Source of the DNA: a virus
IMG/VR virus record: IMGVR_UViG_3300045988_083604
Coordinates: 35,147-99,146 of that record
Strand: one strand, 5' to 3'
Length of the DNA stretch: 64,000 nucleotides
Shown: positions 1 to 14,800 of the stretch, piece after piece
How the letters are laid out: each line of letters begins with the position of its first letter
How positions within the stretch are numbered: position 1 is the stretch's first letter
The notes under the pieces: generated by a model
The model's database searches: none
Seen by the model: the letters and a program-made list of their open reading frames with translations, nothing else
Told to the model about the DNA's origin: nothing
Made by a program: the position numbers and the translations under genes

Positions 1-21
1 GATATAAAGCATTTAATAAAT

Positions 22-222
22 ATGAAAATAAATTTTGAAAAAGAAAAAAACATACGTAATATATCAATTATTGGAAATGTATTACGTATTGTTTTTACAA
101 TACCTCAAAAATATATGCTTGACTATAGGTTACGTATTAAATATGGTATAAAGTATATAAATAAAACAGCATTGCAAAAAATGATGTTATTTTGGGGAGA
201 ATATAATTATTCATTTTCATAA
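22..222 (+). CDS. hypothetical small protein, possible end of a convergent plus-strand block
   Basis: 66-aa ORF followed by a strong hairpin separating it from the minus-strand gene ending at 276. Confidence 0.35.
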   Translation: MKINFEKEKNIRNISIIGNVLRIVFTIPQKYMLDYRLRIKYGIKYINKTALQKMMLFWGEYNYSFS

Positions 223-234
223 ATTTACATTTAC

Positions 235-275
235 AAAGAAACCCGAGCAGCTTATAAAGCTGTCCGGGTTTTATT
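235..275. terminator. bidirectional rho-independent-like terminator
   Basis: AACCCGAGCAGCTT-ATAA-AGCTGTCCGGGTT inverted repeat flanked by T-rich/A-rich tracts, between convergent ORFs. Confidence 0.65.
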
Positions 276-3200
276 TTATTCTTTTTGTTTATACATTTGA
301 TTTTGTACATATTTACGTTTAGCATATGAATTATCCCATTGTTCTTTAAGGTTTTTAAAAGGTGTTAATTTCATTAACGCTCTTTCTTTTTTAGTCCAAC
401 CTTCGTATACACCAGTTTGTACAATTTCGTTATTTTCTTCACTATCACTAAAAGCACTCTTGACGTTTGAGAACATGTTCCATAGAGAATTTTCAGGAGT
501 TTTATAACTGTTAAAACTGTCTGCGAAAACATTTAAACCATCCCAAACAGAAGTCATAGCTGTTGGTGATTTCATAGTATTAAGCATATCTGCAAATCGA
601 TATTGGTTAAACGACTCCCATCTAAATGAGATAGCTATATATGCTATAAGCTATAGTAATTTATTATCCTTATCGTCGTCAGCTTTATGTAATAATAACG
701 AAACTAATGGAGATATTAATAGATTATAAATCATAACTTCCGCAAAAACACGTTTAACAGCCTATCTGTTGATAGGATCTGCAAATGTTTCAGCGATTTG
801 TGCTTTCAATCCGTGTTTTATACCACCGAAGAAAGCTTTTATTTTCTAAGACAAAGAAATATCTGAAATATTTATCGCTTCTTTATTTAAAAGTCTTATT
901 GCTTGAATACCGTCTTTATATGGATTAATCAATAAATCAGCGACCGCTCTTATACCACCATAAGTGTATTGCTACATTTCTAAGTTATATTGTTTTGCAC
1001 CAAAATACTACTGTATAAGTGGCTGCAAATACTGTTTATGCATCATTATCGCCTATCCAGCCATACCTGTCATAAAAGCGGCTTTTTGTGTAGGATTCAT
1101 AACACCATCTGCACGAGCAGCATAATTCTATGCACGTTTCTGTATATAGAAAAATGATTTATCAACTGCGTTTTTATATTCAGACGGTATATTGAACATA
1201 TTTAACCTATTACCTGTTCTGTGCGCTTCTTTTAATACTTGTAAAAATGTTTTTCCATCTTTCCATTTTTTGAGAGCTTCTTGATATTCATCTCCGCCAT
1301 CTATAGAGTTTTTATCGGCATATAATCTACGTAAATCATCTTTTGATATAAATTTACCGTCAAAAAATCTATGGGCTGCTAGAGTAGCATCTAATATAGT
1401 ACCTTTTGATAAATAATCAGCTGTTGTTAGTCCGCCAAATGCCCAGTTTTCCATAATTTGATTTACAAGAATATTTCTATCTGTATGTTTGTATTTTTTT
1501 TCAGATTGATCTGCGAGATTGAAAAGTTCCATTAGATTTTGTTGAAAAAGTCTTGAATTTTGACTAATTATTCTAGCACCAAATCTGGAATTTATTAAAG
1601 ATCCCAACATTTCAGCATTAGCTACGCCCCATTCTTTTAATCCATATTCTTTCCCAGTGACTGCATTCATTATCCCAGAATAATATGCTGTAGCAAAACC
1701 AACAGTTGCAACCTTAATACTACAACCTAAGTTTATCAATGTAGTCCATGCTTTTGCATATTTAAATGGTTTATTTATATTAAAACTTCCAATTTCAGAT
1801 TTGTCTTCACGTTGATCATAAAGGTTCATATTTAAAAACTTACGTGCCATCTAATAAGTATTTGTTTCAAGTCCACTTTTTACAAATCTTGTACCTATAA
1901 ATTTACGACGTGATATTAAATCTAATATCGTTTCACACTGATCTTTTATATTTGTTTTTTCTTTATACTGTTGACCTTTTGCGTAATACTGTGATATTAT
2001 GCCAACTAGATCTGTACTTATCTAAGTAGGATTTTTTAATGCGGCAGTGTACGGTTGTGGAATAAAACTCAATTGATGTCCATCCGGTCTAGTTGCAGCC
2101 TATCTGTTCATATCAATATCCTTTTCTGTAGTTATAAATAATCGACCAATACGATCTTTAAATAAAGATTTCCATTTTCCACCACGAGATCGTTTTATCA
2201 TATTTTTCCAATCAGTTCCAGTTATTCCAGGAAGCTAATAATCATTTTTAAATGGTATATTAGAATATATCTCATTTGTTTCATGTATAGTATTTATTAC
2301 TTCATTATACAAATTTTTTAATGTTTGGCTACTTTGTACACTCTCGTACGCTTTTGAATTATCGTAAGAGAATTTTACTCCGTTGTATATACCATTTATT
2401 TTTGGAATATACGTTTCATTTTCGTCCGGTTTGAATTTTTTATCTAAAAATGATGATTCAGGATCTTGTTCTATATAATTATCCCCGGGCGCAACCTCAA
2501 CATATTTATCATAATCTTTAGGTACTATTTTTGTATAAAACTAATAAGGTGTAAATTTTTCAAGAATTCCACCCATACCATCGTCATACAATTTTAAAAA
2601 TCCATGAGTAACAAGAAATTTTTTAACGTTTGTATTTTCATCATCTTGTATTGATAATATACCATTTTTCGACTGTTCCTACATATCCAAACGCCGTGCT
2701 TCAGCTAACATATCCGCGAACTGCTAAGTCCATTTTATATCGTAATATTCTTTGCCTAGTTCTGATAATTTTTTGCGAATACGTTTTTTTAATGTTGTCT
2801 TACTATCTTTTAATATTTTACCATTTTCTTTTTGTAATGCTATAACTTTTTGTTTTATTAATTCTGGTAAAATATTAGCATCGACATCACCAGTATCTAA
2901 TCTACGGTATGGTGCAAGCATTTTATTTATACGATCCTTGTTCTTTTTATATGTACTGTCTCCATCCAAAAGATCTTCTATCTGTTTATCCGTAAATCCA
3001 TTTTTCTCTAAAAGTTCTATTTTTGCCTTACGGATATCGTCAAATAATTTTATAGTACCATCGTCATTTAGTTTAAATTGTGTTTTACTATTACGTTCAT
3101 CCCACTCGTCTAATTTTTTCCAATCGAAATTAATGTTAGAACGACCTTTTTCCATTTCTTCTAATCCGCCACACTCAGCAATTACTTTATTTCTTAATGT

Positions 3201-5837
3201 TTGCCATTTATTGGTATTTCGCTTTGCTTTATTTCCATCATATAATGACTTATTAAGTTCTTGTAATTCTTGAGCTATTGTTAAATCATCACCTTGTTTG
3301 AGTTCACCAGTAACATCATATATATTAGCGAGCTGTCTACGCTACATATATAAAACCTTTAATTGCTACCAAGAATCCGGATCCAGATCATCATAATTGT
3401 AAAATGTACCATCGTCCGATAAAACTTTAGATCGTATTGCGTTTATTGCAATTTGAATATCATCTCTGCGTTGTTTTGTAATATCTGATAATTGTGCAAA
3501 TTTATTATAATATTCAGCATTAAATCTTCTATGACAATGTGCGCCGAGCCATTCATTTCGTTCCATCTACCATTTAATTCGATTCTCTTTATTAGTCGGA
3601 GGAATTCTATTTCCAGGATCTAATGGCTCGTCTTTTGTACTATATTTACTATTAAGCTATTCCATAAATTTATTATAATCGCGCTTAAATTTTCCATAGT
3701 TTAAGTTTCTAACAAGATATCCTGTAGGCAACCCATTTTCATCCAATTCGTATAACTGTTTTACACTTTCTCCAAATTTTAATGAATGCTACAACATTTG
3801 TAATTTTGCAACGCGATTATTTGTAGACATTTCTGCTGAACTTATTGCTTTGCTAACAATATATGAAAGCGCTCGTACAGCATGATCTGAACTTGCATCA
3901 GCACTTCCAAAAACTCTACCAAGCTTTGAAATATCATGTGTAGTAGATGATCCTAATTCAGAAGAAATATAATCTTCCATATCTGTTATATTTCCAGTTT
4001 CATACCCTATGTTTTCTAATCTAGCAATAACGTTTGCAGAACATATATTCTTTAATATATTTATAGAAGTATCACATAACGATTTACATGTTTCTGTTTT
4101 TTCAATAAAATCGTTTAAAGAGGACATTAATGAAAGATTATCTGATTCATAATCTTTCATAGCTTCGTTTATACCAGGATGTGCAAAAACTCCAAGGAGT
4201 TCATCCAAAATACTTTGATACACACCAAAATAATCATGTATTTCATACATATATTCGGCATCTGATAAAACATAAACACCATCTTTATATAATTTTTGTG
4301 CAGCATTATGAATTTTTTGTGATTCGTCAATAATATCAGGTAATACAGCATTTAACACATAAGCTATGGAGTTTAAACTACTCATTGTATTAGACTTCAA
4401 AGAAGATATTTGAGATTCTAATCCGAGTAATATTTTATGTTTCTAATCTTCTGGCATTTTAACAACTTTTACAGCTTTTAATCTGGTTTCTAGCATTTGT
4501 ATTATTTGTGGAATAATTGTATCGAAAGATTCCTATACGTCTTTTTTTAATAGCGCCTGACGTTGTTCTTTTTTCTATTTACTCTACGCCAATTTTTGCT
4601 AGTATTCTGAGTTGTTTTGTATAAATCTATTTATAACACTTGCACCTAGTGTGAAATTATATCTTTTAACAACAGGGTGTAATTTTTGTAATAATTCGTC
4701 ACCTTCTAATACATTTTCAGCTATAAATTTATAAGTATCTACACTTTTTATTAAATCTTTTAATTGTTGTTCTGATTTTATATTACCATTCACAATGGCA
4801 TTTTTATTATTTATATAATTAAAAAGCTAAAGTTGGTATTTTTCAAGATTTTCCGTGTTAGACTTTTTATTGACAAGAAAATTTATAACATTTTGTACAA
4901 ACGATTTTAAAGATTTTAACACAGGCTATTTATTATTATTTTTATCAAGTTGTTTTGCTTTATCAAATAATAATTGTCTGAAAGACTGATTTGTTAAAAA
5001 TTCAGCTACAAATTCATATTTATCCTAAAAACCATTATATCCGTTTGTATAATCATTCCTACTAAACCTTTCAGATGGAAATTGTTTACTATAAAGATTA
5101 AAAAGTTTTTCTGTAATTCTGTTCAGTTTTCTATCGAATATAGGAGAATCTTCACGCAAACCTTCTGTTGTAAGAGCATGTACAACCTCATGCATTAATT
5201 TTTCAGCAGCGAATCCTGTACTTACACGTTTTAAAACTTTCGGATTTATTGATATAATCACTCCGCCCTCATTGTCAACAAAAGTAGACATAAGGTTGTT
5301 TGAATTTTCTTCCGACATAACAATTGGAATATTATGTCTTGCTAATATTTCTGCAAACGGTTTAAATGGAGCAGCTATATACGAATCGTTAATCAGCTAC
5401 TATAATAACTGTTGAGTATTGTTATTTTCCTTCAAAAAAAGATCGTTATTATCATTTGAAAACAAATTAACCAGTGTGTCTTTAGATTCAAACGCGTCAT
5501 TTTTAGGCTTATTCTATTCTGTAAAATTTACGTGCGGCTCCCCGTTCTCATCAAGTGGAATCTTAGATTTTCCTTCATACCATTTTCCGTTCCGATCGGT
5601 ATACTTACTAAGATACATCGCGGCTTTTTTCTACATCGCGAGATTATAATCACCATGATATTTTTCTAACAATTTTTGGAATAACAAAGACTCAGCCCCG
5701 TTTGGAGCTGAAGTCAATGCATATCCATTATTTCTATGCCAGACAAGATATGCCTAATCTTCTCCGACAGCTTGCACAAGGTCTTCAAACTCTTGTCTAA
5801 CTTGTGCATTACTTAAATTTGGACAATATGTATTCAT
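276..5837 (-). CDS. large (~1853 aa) crAss-like late protein with HEVVH zincin-like motif
   Basis: ORF pieces at 276,1128,2724,3366,3789,4599,5025 share one frame and are separated by TAG. Final stop is TAA at 276. Starts MNTYCPNLSNAQ..; KLMHEVVHAL near 5172-5192. Its ATG overlaps the upstream gene's TGA. Confidence 0.75.
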
Positions 5838-8800
5838 TTTTTACAATCATTTTTGCGCTATTCGGCCTCATCTTTATCCTACTCACTCATTTCACTTTGT
5901 TCTATCTGTGGCATACCACTTAAATCAATCCCAGTAGACTACAATAAACTAGACAAGTCTAATTCACCACCAATTTCCGAAAGACTGGGATCATTCTTTT
6001 TCAAACCATCTTCAACTTGTAATTCTTGTGTTTCATCAGACATCTATTGTTCATCAACAGATAATTCAGAAGGGACTTGCTTTTGCTTATCAGTTTCTTC
6101 ATCTTGTTTCTATGGTTGTTCTTTACTTAAATTATTATTTGAATCCTATAGAACCGAAGATTCAATATTATCTTTCTATAATTCTTGTTCGGATGTTACA
6201 ACCTATGTTTCATCCAAAACGACAGGTCTATATGGTTCATATTCCAACCTAATAGTTTTTTTACCGAGTCGCTTGAAAAACATTTCATTTTGTTTAGATC
6301 GTTCTATATTTAACTCCTATTTAATTTCATCCTCAGTCAACGATATCTTAGTTCCCGGTCTTTGTTGTTCACCAGTTCCAACAAATGTTTCCAAATTGTT
6401 TTCTGCGAAAATCGAAACATTATCATCAGAAAAGAATTCATATTGTTTATTTTTACCATCCTACAAACTAAGTTTATTTGTAATCATGTATACATTTTTG
6501 AACGGATATCGTGTTTCTTTTCCAGTTTCCTTATCGTAATTTACTTTATATTGTGTTCCTACTTTTTTAAACAAGAATATTTTTTTATTATTTTTACCAT
6601 ATTCTATTTTTATATATGGTGTATTTGCACCGCGAAAATCACTTTCTGAAGCAATCGGAAGAGCTAAAGCTATTGGGATATTTCTAAGATTATCTAATGT
6701 ATTACCACGATCAATCATTTTCACAATAAATTCACCAACTGGAGAGTATACAGACGAACTTTTTTGTCTCCTTGTGTATGTCGGAACAATATTTTCATCT
6801 TTCCAAAAATTCTTACATAAAGTATCTAGAATATTTAAAACATTCAAAGCACCAAATTGATCAGATTCTATATCGGTACCGAGAACACTTTGTGCCATTA
6901 CTTCATCAGAATTACTACCATTACGTAATGCAACTTTCATGGCATTGTCGTATAAAATTCTATATGTTGGCGGAACTAATTCAAAAAATTGATTTACACC
7001 ACCGTTATTATAAGTAGTATAATAAGCATATGTTATTAAATCTCTAGCTATATTTTGTATAGCTTTCACATATGTTATATCTTGACTTAAAGTTGAACTT
7101 GTTTGCAAGCTTAACAACTCTTCAAAAGCAGACTGTAATTGTGATTTATCCTACGAATCAATATCCATAGACGATGATGCAAGTACAATTCTGTCAACAT
7201 AAGATCCAGTTTTATCTAAAATAGGATTTAAGTAATTTAAAAACTCATTTTTAATAACTCCGTTATCATCACATAATTGCTACAACCAATCTGGTAACTG
7301 TTCGTTATTTTGTAATTTATCAAATACCAATTGTTTTAACGTCGCTTTCATTATTGATAATCTTCTTGCTAACGATGGAGTCTTATCATTCCCGTATAAC
7401 AAATCGATTACTTTTTGCCTGGTCGTGACTTCGTTACCACCAAACGTCAAATCTGGAAATTCCTAAAATCCGTCTTGGATTTGATTATAAGCAAGAAACG
7501 CACGATGCCTGAATATTGATTCCAAAGCTTTTCCAATAGCCTGAACCTAATCATCGCTCATTACTTTTTGATAACCGAATTTAAAATCATAAATCGGTTT
7601 ACCTTTTTCATCAAAACCCTTTGGAACTCTATATACAATATCTCCAAATATCGCAGCCATTGTACTATTAAATACTTTTCCAAATAATGGTGTAGCTGAA
7701 AATGATTGATTTCGTAACAATGATTTTGTCAGCTATGTTGCATTACGTAATTTTTTATCTAAAAACGTATGTTCAAAATAAGTATACATTGGAAGTTCTT
7801 TATGTTCTCTACCGTCATCAATGTAAAAATATTTATTTGCATCGTCATCGTTTTTAAAGTTGTTATAACTATTTAGGAAATTCATTTGGGATATTATATT
7901 ATTTCCAAATTTTTTAGTGTCTATTCTCGAATTACTAACAAGATCTGATAATAAATTAGCCGCTTCTGATATATCTCCAATAAACTAAAGAGATAATGCT
8001 TGGAACATACACCATCTTGCGTATTCGTATGAATTATAATTTTGTGGAGTTTTTAAATATGATTTCGCAGTTTCAAAATCAAGCAATTTCAATTCTTCGT
8101 CAGAATATAATATTTCTTTTGTTTTTGCTTCATCTTTAATTATAAATTCAGCTACTCTGTTCGGATCGAATGTAGATTTGTCTTGTTCTATACAAGCTTT
8201 CCATTTTGTCAGTTTTTGTTTTTGTTCTTCCGAAATGTTTTCAGAACTCAACAAATTTGAAGAAATTGTCAAAAAACTTTTTATGTATTTACGCATCAAA
8301 TCTCCACGAATTTCGTTTTGCCATCTTAAAGACTTCCTTTCACGTATTTCTCTAGCATCAAAACCAAGTTTCTGTCCATACATTCCTTTACTATTAATAA
8401 CCATGTTAGCCATTCTTTTCAACGCAGGTTGCGCTAAAAGTGTAAATGTAGCCATTCCTTGCCCAGTTCTTAATAAAAAGTTAGTATATTTATAAGTAGC
8501 ACTATTTACATTTAAATTTAATATATAAGGATCTTTCGCAACATCCACATGTGCGTTTACCATTGCAGAAAGCCATGCAGAAATCATATAACCGTCTTTT
8601 CCAACAACATCGTTGATATTTCCAAAATCGAAACACTTGTTTAACAATTTGTCATTTTTACCAAACTTCATTTTTAAACCTACCGCCTGAGTCATGGCTA
8701 GATTAGTAACATTTAGTGCAAAAGGACCGATTCCGGATTTACCAGTACTATATTCCATTTTTCTACGAGCTTGAAAAGATGGAAGTAGTTCATACATTGA

Positions 8801-11800
8801 TTCTGCGTATTTTGTTGTTTGATCAGACAAATAAGGTATAATTTCATCTTTTAACTTCGATGTTAACACATCAATGGATGCACGAGCATCTGCTGTATTT
8901 TTATAATCTGAAATTATATCAATATAATCATCGAGAAGTTTATTACGCAATGCTCCAATGTCTTCTTTCAAATAGTCAACATATTTCATATCAGATTTAG
9001 ATGATGTTTTATAGCGTGTACTTGTATTACCGTTTCTTTCATATGAATATGTGGCCATATACAACTTATCGACGTCAAAGTCAGAACCTGTCTAGGCAGT
9101 AAATTCAGTAGGTACAATGATTAAATCTCCAGATGTTTCTGGAAGAACATCTGCTACAATAAAACCAAATGTTGAAGACATACCCTGTGTAGGAATACGG
9201 TAGCCTACACCGTATGGTTTCGGATCACTCTACGTATCATCAGATTTTGTACCGTTTATAATATCATTGTCTACAAGCCATTGACGAGCTGTTGTATAAT
9301 CAGTGTTGTATTTTTCAGGAATAACGTCTCTAAAGAAGTTCAGAGACAACATAACTTCCATTGTACCTTTACCGTTGTACCAACGTAATGACTTTCCATC
9401 ATTTAAAACATGTCGATTTGACACATTAGTATTTTTTAATTGCTCTTCTGAAACAACATTATTTTTACCATAACCAACAAATCCAAAACAAGACTACTGT
9501 ACCGCAGCACCACCATTTGTATTGATATCTACAACCTCTTTGTTGACCATTGAACTTATAGACTATTCGAATATTTGTCTTGCTGTAAGAGACGCAACCT
9601 TTCCGCCAGATCTAATTATTTCTTCAGACGATAATCCAAGATCATTATTCTCACAAATAGATAATATATAATTTTGTATACGCTGCTAATTTGGTATTAC
9701 ATATCTACCTTCTTTATTCTTTTTAAAGAAACGCTTTTTGATGTTGTCTGTACCAATCTATGTCATAGCATTTACAAGATTCATTATATCGTTCCTGATA
9801 GCACTGCCTAAACGTCCCTCTCCTTTCTATCCATCTTTTCCATACCTCATGTGTGGATCAACATTGGAAAAACATATCTTCATCATCTATGTACCTATTC
9901 CGCGTTCCGTACTTTCATGTGCATCTGTATTCAACTACAAGTGAAGATTATTCATATCTTGAATTTGTACAGCAAGACATTCTTTTTGTGGTAATGCTTG
10001 ATATATCTCTCCTGTTTGATAATTAATAGAGTTATTTGACGGAAGACTTAATGATTCAGTATCCATTAATGAAAGGTCCGAAACTCCTTTTTTATATGGT
10101 GTATACATTTCCTGGTTACATCCAACTTTTACAGCTGATTCAAATCCTAGCATGTCTATTTCATTACCAGGCATATTCATACGATTATACAACGCTTTAC
10201 CTGTTTCACTTTGACAAACATATTTGAACATAGGGAACATTGCCATCTTATTATATACTGGTAGTGACACGTTATGTGCACCAATTTTTGCAGTTGTTGA
10301 ATTTGAAAAATAACTCATCTTTAACGGTTTCAACATCAATCTTCTACCAATACTATATTTTTCAGGATCACTCATCCAATCATCTTCATTTTCAATGATG
10401 TTGTACGCTTTCTCGTCACTATATCCAGTTTCATCTTCTGCAAATGACCATTCACCAGTTGCAATTCTTAGTTTTCTATACATCGATGGTCTAAGACAAA
10501 CTTCAGCATCTGCTACAGTTATTCCCTCATAAGGATTTATTGAATTTTTCACTCTATTCTAAATATCTTCAACCAAAACTTCGCTTTTTGCTGAATTTTT
10601 AAGTGCTGTTAATACCTTATCTATATATTCAGGATGACTATATATTGTATAGTATACTTTTTCTACTCTAGTTATATTTTTTGGATCCAATCCTACAACT
10701 TTAGCAAAATGGTCTATGATATATTTATCATCAAAAGATCTCTTTAACACAGATACAATTTCATTCTATGTGAATATATCACGCATGTTATCCAAATATA
10801 TAGATTTTGCCTTTATGTCTGAAGTATTCATGAAAGTATACTTACCGGTTCCAAAATCCTTCAATACGGCTTTTTCTTTATCAGTCCATTGTGTTTTTAA
10901 GTTAGTACCTGGAGACAATACAGCACCAAGACGTTTAATTTTGTCGACATCTTTTGACTACAACATACTCACAGAAACTTTTTCTTTCGAACCATCTTCT
11001 AAAGTAACCTCTCTAGTCAAGTGATTTTTTGTAGTTTCAGACAATTGTTTGTCTTTATACGAAATCCATTTATACATTGCAGGATCACCGGTAAAAATCT
11101 TTTCTACTTCGATTATCGACATTATTGTACGCAATGTATGATTAGCAACAGCCGAATATATAGCACTGTCTCTCAATGTAGATTCGTCTATTTCACCATA
11201 TTGTGACTTTATTTGATTCTAGTAGTGTTTTAAGATATCATTTGGGAGACCATTATTTATATAATGATCATCAACATGTGAAATTAAATGTATATTTTCA
11301 TCAGTAGAAAGTGCATCAAGTTCGCTACGTACTTTTTCTAACAACATTGCATTTATCGAATTACGTAACTATTCTACAGAATTTTTATATGTTTCAGATT
11401 CAACATTATCTTCGAGTATGCCAGTTAGAAATTTCCTTATTCTTTCGAATCCGTCTGTAATATGATCAACATCTCCAATACTTGCACGCTTTGCATTTTC
11501 TAACTACTCTGTTTTATACTCTAATTCTAACTATTGATTTAAATTTAAACCGTGATTTTTAGATATATCATAGAAGTATCTAAACTTACCACCATTACCG
11601 TCAAAATTCAAATGTTTATATTTGTATTTTTTACCATTTGGTAATGTGTATTCATCAGTTACTATTTTACCATGAAAATTAACTAACAATTCATTTGGAT
11701 TCTTTAAAAGTGCTTTTATATTTTCTTTAGAATAATATTCTTTTAATGAATTTAATTCATCTACAAAATATGATGAAAATATATCAATCGTTTCTGGCGA

Positions 11801-14800
11801 TAATTTTGGATCTTCACTATTTGTGATTATTATGTCAGTATTTAGATTATCAGTAAGCCATTGTGATGTTATACTATACCATGTTTTTTTATCCGCCATT
11901 GTTGGGAAAATCAAATGCTTATTATAAGTCATTATGAATTTAGCCATATAATCCTCTAACGGAGTTATTCCGAAATAATCTGCACTTTTTCCACTTTCCG
12001 CATCTTTAACACATACGAATGTATTCAAATGGAGTTTTTCTTCTTCAGGAGTAGAATAGACTCTATCGTTTTCAGCGTTTTGTACAATTAAAGATCCTTG
12101 TGTATACGAAGTAGCTTTTTTATTTTCTAACTCACCATCGGTATTACACTGTAAACGATGTAAGAAATCGGATACAGCATTATTTTGATTTATCGGATAT
12201 ATTTGAGCGCCGTTTGCACCGGTGACTGACATTTCCGCAGAAGATGGGTATGTTTTAGCATATGCCACTGTAAGTTTACCTACCCAGGGAAGACCCTTAG
12301 TAGTTTTTTTACCATTTACACGAGACATAGATGTACTGTATCCTTTATAAAATCCACTTAAGTCTTTTTTACCATCTTTTCCAATAGTTATAGTTTTTCC
12401 ACGATTTGCAGTAGCTAATTGTCCATATAACTTCTGTATTGTTGCAGTACCAGATCCGTTTAACATAGCTCTTAGAACATGTCTCTCTTTTTCTTCAAAT
12501 ACTGTTTCTGGATAAGCTTTCGGGTTTAAAGATAATTCGGTGTTTATAAGTTGCTATAAAACTTGACCATCTGCAGGTATTGCCATATAATTTAAGACGT
12601 TACATACTGCTATTTTTGCACTTTCAACCGACTTGTACTTATTAGATTTAGCAAAATTCTAAGTTTGAGTACCTTGTTTTTTAGTTGCCGATACTGCTTC
12701 ATTTATTAAAGATTTTAATTTTTGCATGTATGAGCTACTTATAAACATATCTCCAGTTTTAGGATCTGTTTCTACAATACCACTACCAGACAATAAATTT
12801 TCAGACCATGTTCTCGCTAATATATATTTAGATTGTAAATGTTCACTATCTTGAATAGTCCATTGTTTCTAAACATCTATCAGAATATCTGGACTAGATT
12901 TCCTCTGTTCTACTTCTTCTCCAAGTGGTTCATTTGAAATCATATCCATCTAAGTGTCTTGTTTTTTATTGGTTTTTATCGGCGTATCAATAGACAACAC
13001 GGTGATTCTATTTTTAGAACTCTGAATTGTATTTAATATCTGTGTTTTTATTTCAAGTTTCTCTTCCAGAGACATTGATTCATCTTCTTCATCTATTAAT
13101 GGTTCTATTTTCTCTTCTAAAGCATGGAAAAATTTATCACCGCTTCTAGACAATCGTTGAACCATTCTAACCAATGAAGTAGATGTATATTGTCCAGTTT
13201 CACTATCGATAGCATCGAAGTTATCACAATTCCATAATTCGGACATTATTTTATTCCAACCTTTTGAAAAACTCCAATAATTTTGTGATCCGAATAATGC
13301 GTCAACATTTGGAACATACTATAAATTACCATTCTTATCTGTTTTTACATCATACATTGGAATTGTGCTGAAAAACAATTTCGCTTTAAATCCTACATTT
13401 ATTTTTTTACTAACTTCCATATGATCAATATCATAAATATTGTCTGCAACATCTCCGTTATCTTTACCTGTAGAAATATCAGCGTCTAATTTTAACTTTT
13501 TATGTTTTACATCTATCGAAAACGTTTTCAACATTGTAGAAATTGTCTTATAAAAAGCATCTTTATTATTTACAACATCTTGTAATAATTTTGAATTTTC
13601 AGATTCTGGATCGCTTTCAATCTACTACTGAATTCCGTCAAAAATAGCGTCAAAATCTTCTTTAGAATAATTCTTAAGTTTTGATACTGATGACAAATCA
13701 AGACCTTCCATCACTTTATTGCACAACAATTTAGCACATTGATAATATTGATGATAGTTCTATATATTTGTAAATTTGGTAACTTGATCATCTGTTAATC
13801 CTGGGATTTCGAAATACACGCCATCTGGATAATTTCTTTTAAATTCGTTTATAGATTCTTGGTCTAATTTTGCACCGACATATTTTCTATTTTTTATATT
13901 TTTATATGCCTAATATACAATATCGGGTTTTCCAAAGAATGTCTTTACAATCTGTTTTATATTTTTGAAAAATCTCTTTATTCTAGCACTCCAAGATTTA
14001 TCCTCAAACCCAAACATATACGATCGAAAATCTTCAGCTAACGATTCCTCGATATCCTACAATTTTGCATCTTTCAACTCTTTGTGTTTAGATCTATAAT
14101 CTTCATATATTTTCATTCGCATTGTTCTGTTATGTAACAATAAGTTTACATAATGCCACGCTTCATGATATTCGAGACCTTTTCCACTTTTTTTCGATAA
14201 TGTGATAAAACCATAAACAGAATCTACAATTGAAGAACATGCGAGATTTGTAACACCATAAACTGTTTCATTATGAAGACCTTTCATTATACCGTTAGTC
14301 ACCAATACCTAATCATCGGATAATCCCAATGTGGTTTGCAACCATGTTTTCGCAGATTTAGTATCTATAGAACCTTTCCCACGTTTTTGTGAGTATACAC
14401 CACTTACAGTTGTTGGTTTTGTTTGAAAATCTATAGTTAAAAATGCAGTACCGTCATCTTTAACGTGTAAGAATACATTAAAACCTTTAAACTTTTTATA
14501 AGTGTTGAATACTTTTATAGATTTTTCGTCTATTTTAATACCATGTTTTTCAAGTTCTGCAAATTTTTCAAGCATTACTTGTTTTAACTTATCTGCATTT
14601 GACTTATTCCATCCAAGTTGTTTCCCAGTTTTTCCAATTGTTGTAGCCGTCACTAAATATGTAGTAGTTGGATTTTTTTCATCTACTTTTACACTCTTAT
14701 ACGCATCATCTTCCGGTATTGTAAAAGTTACATTCGGAATATCTTTCTTTTTAGATTCTTTTTTATTAGAATCTTCTATCACCTTTTCAATTTTTGTTTT

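Noticed and set aside
5853-6539. 228-aa plus-strand ORF
   Set aside because: Antisense to the recoded giant gene. TAG-rich minus coding yields CTA (not a stop) on the plus strand, so long antisense ORFs arise by chance.
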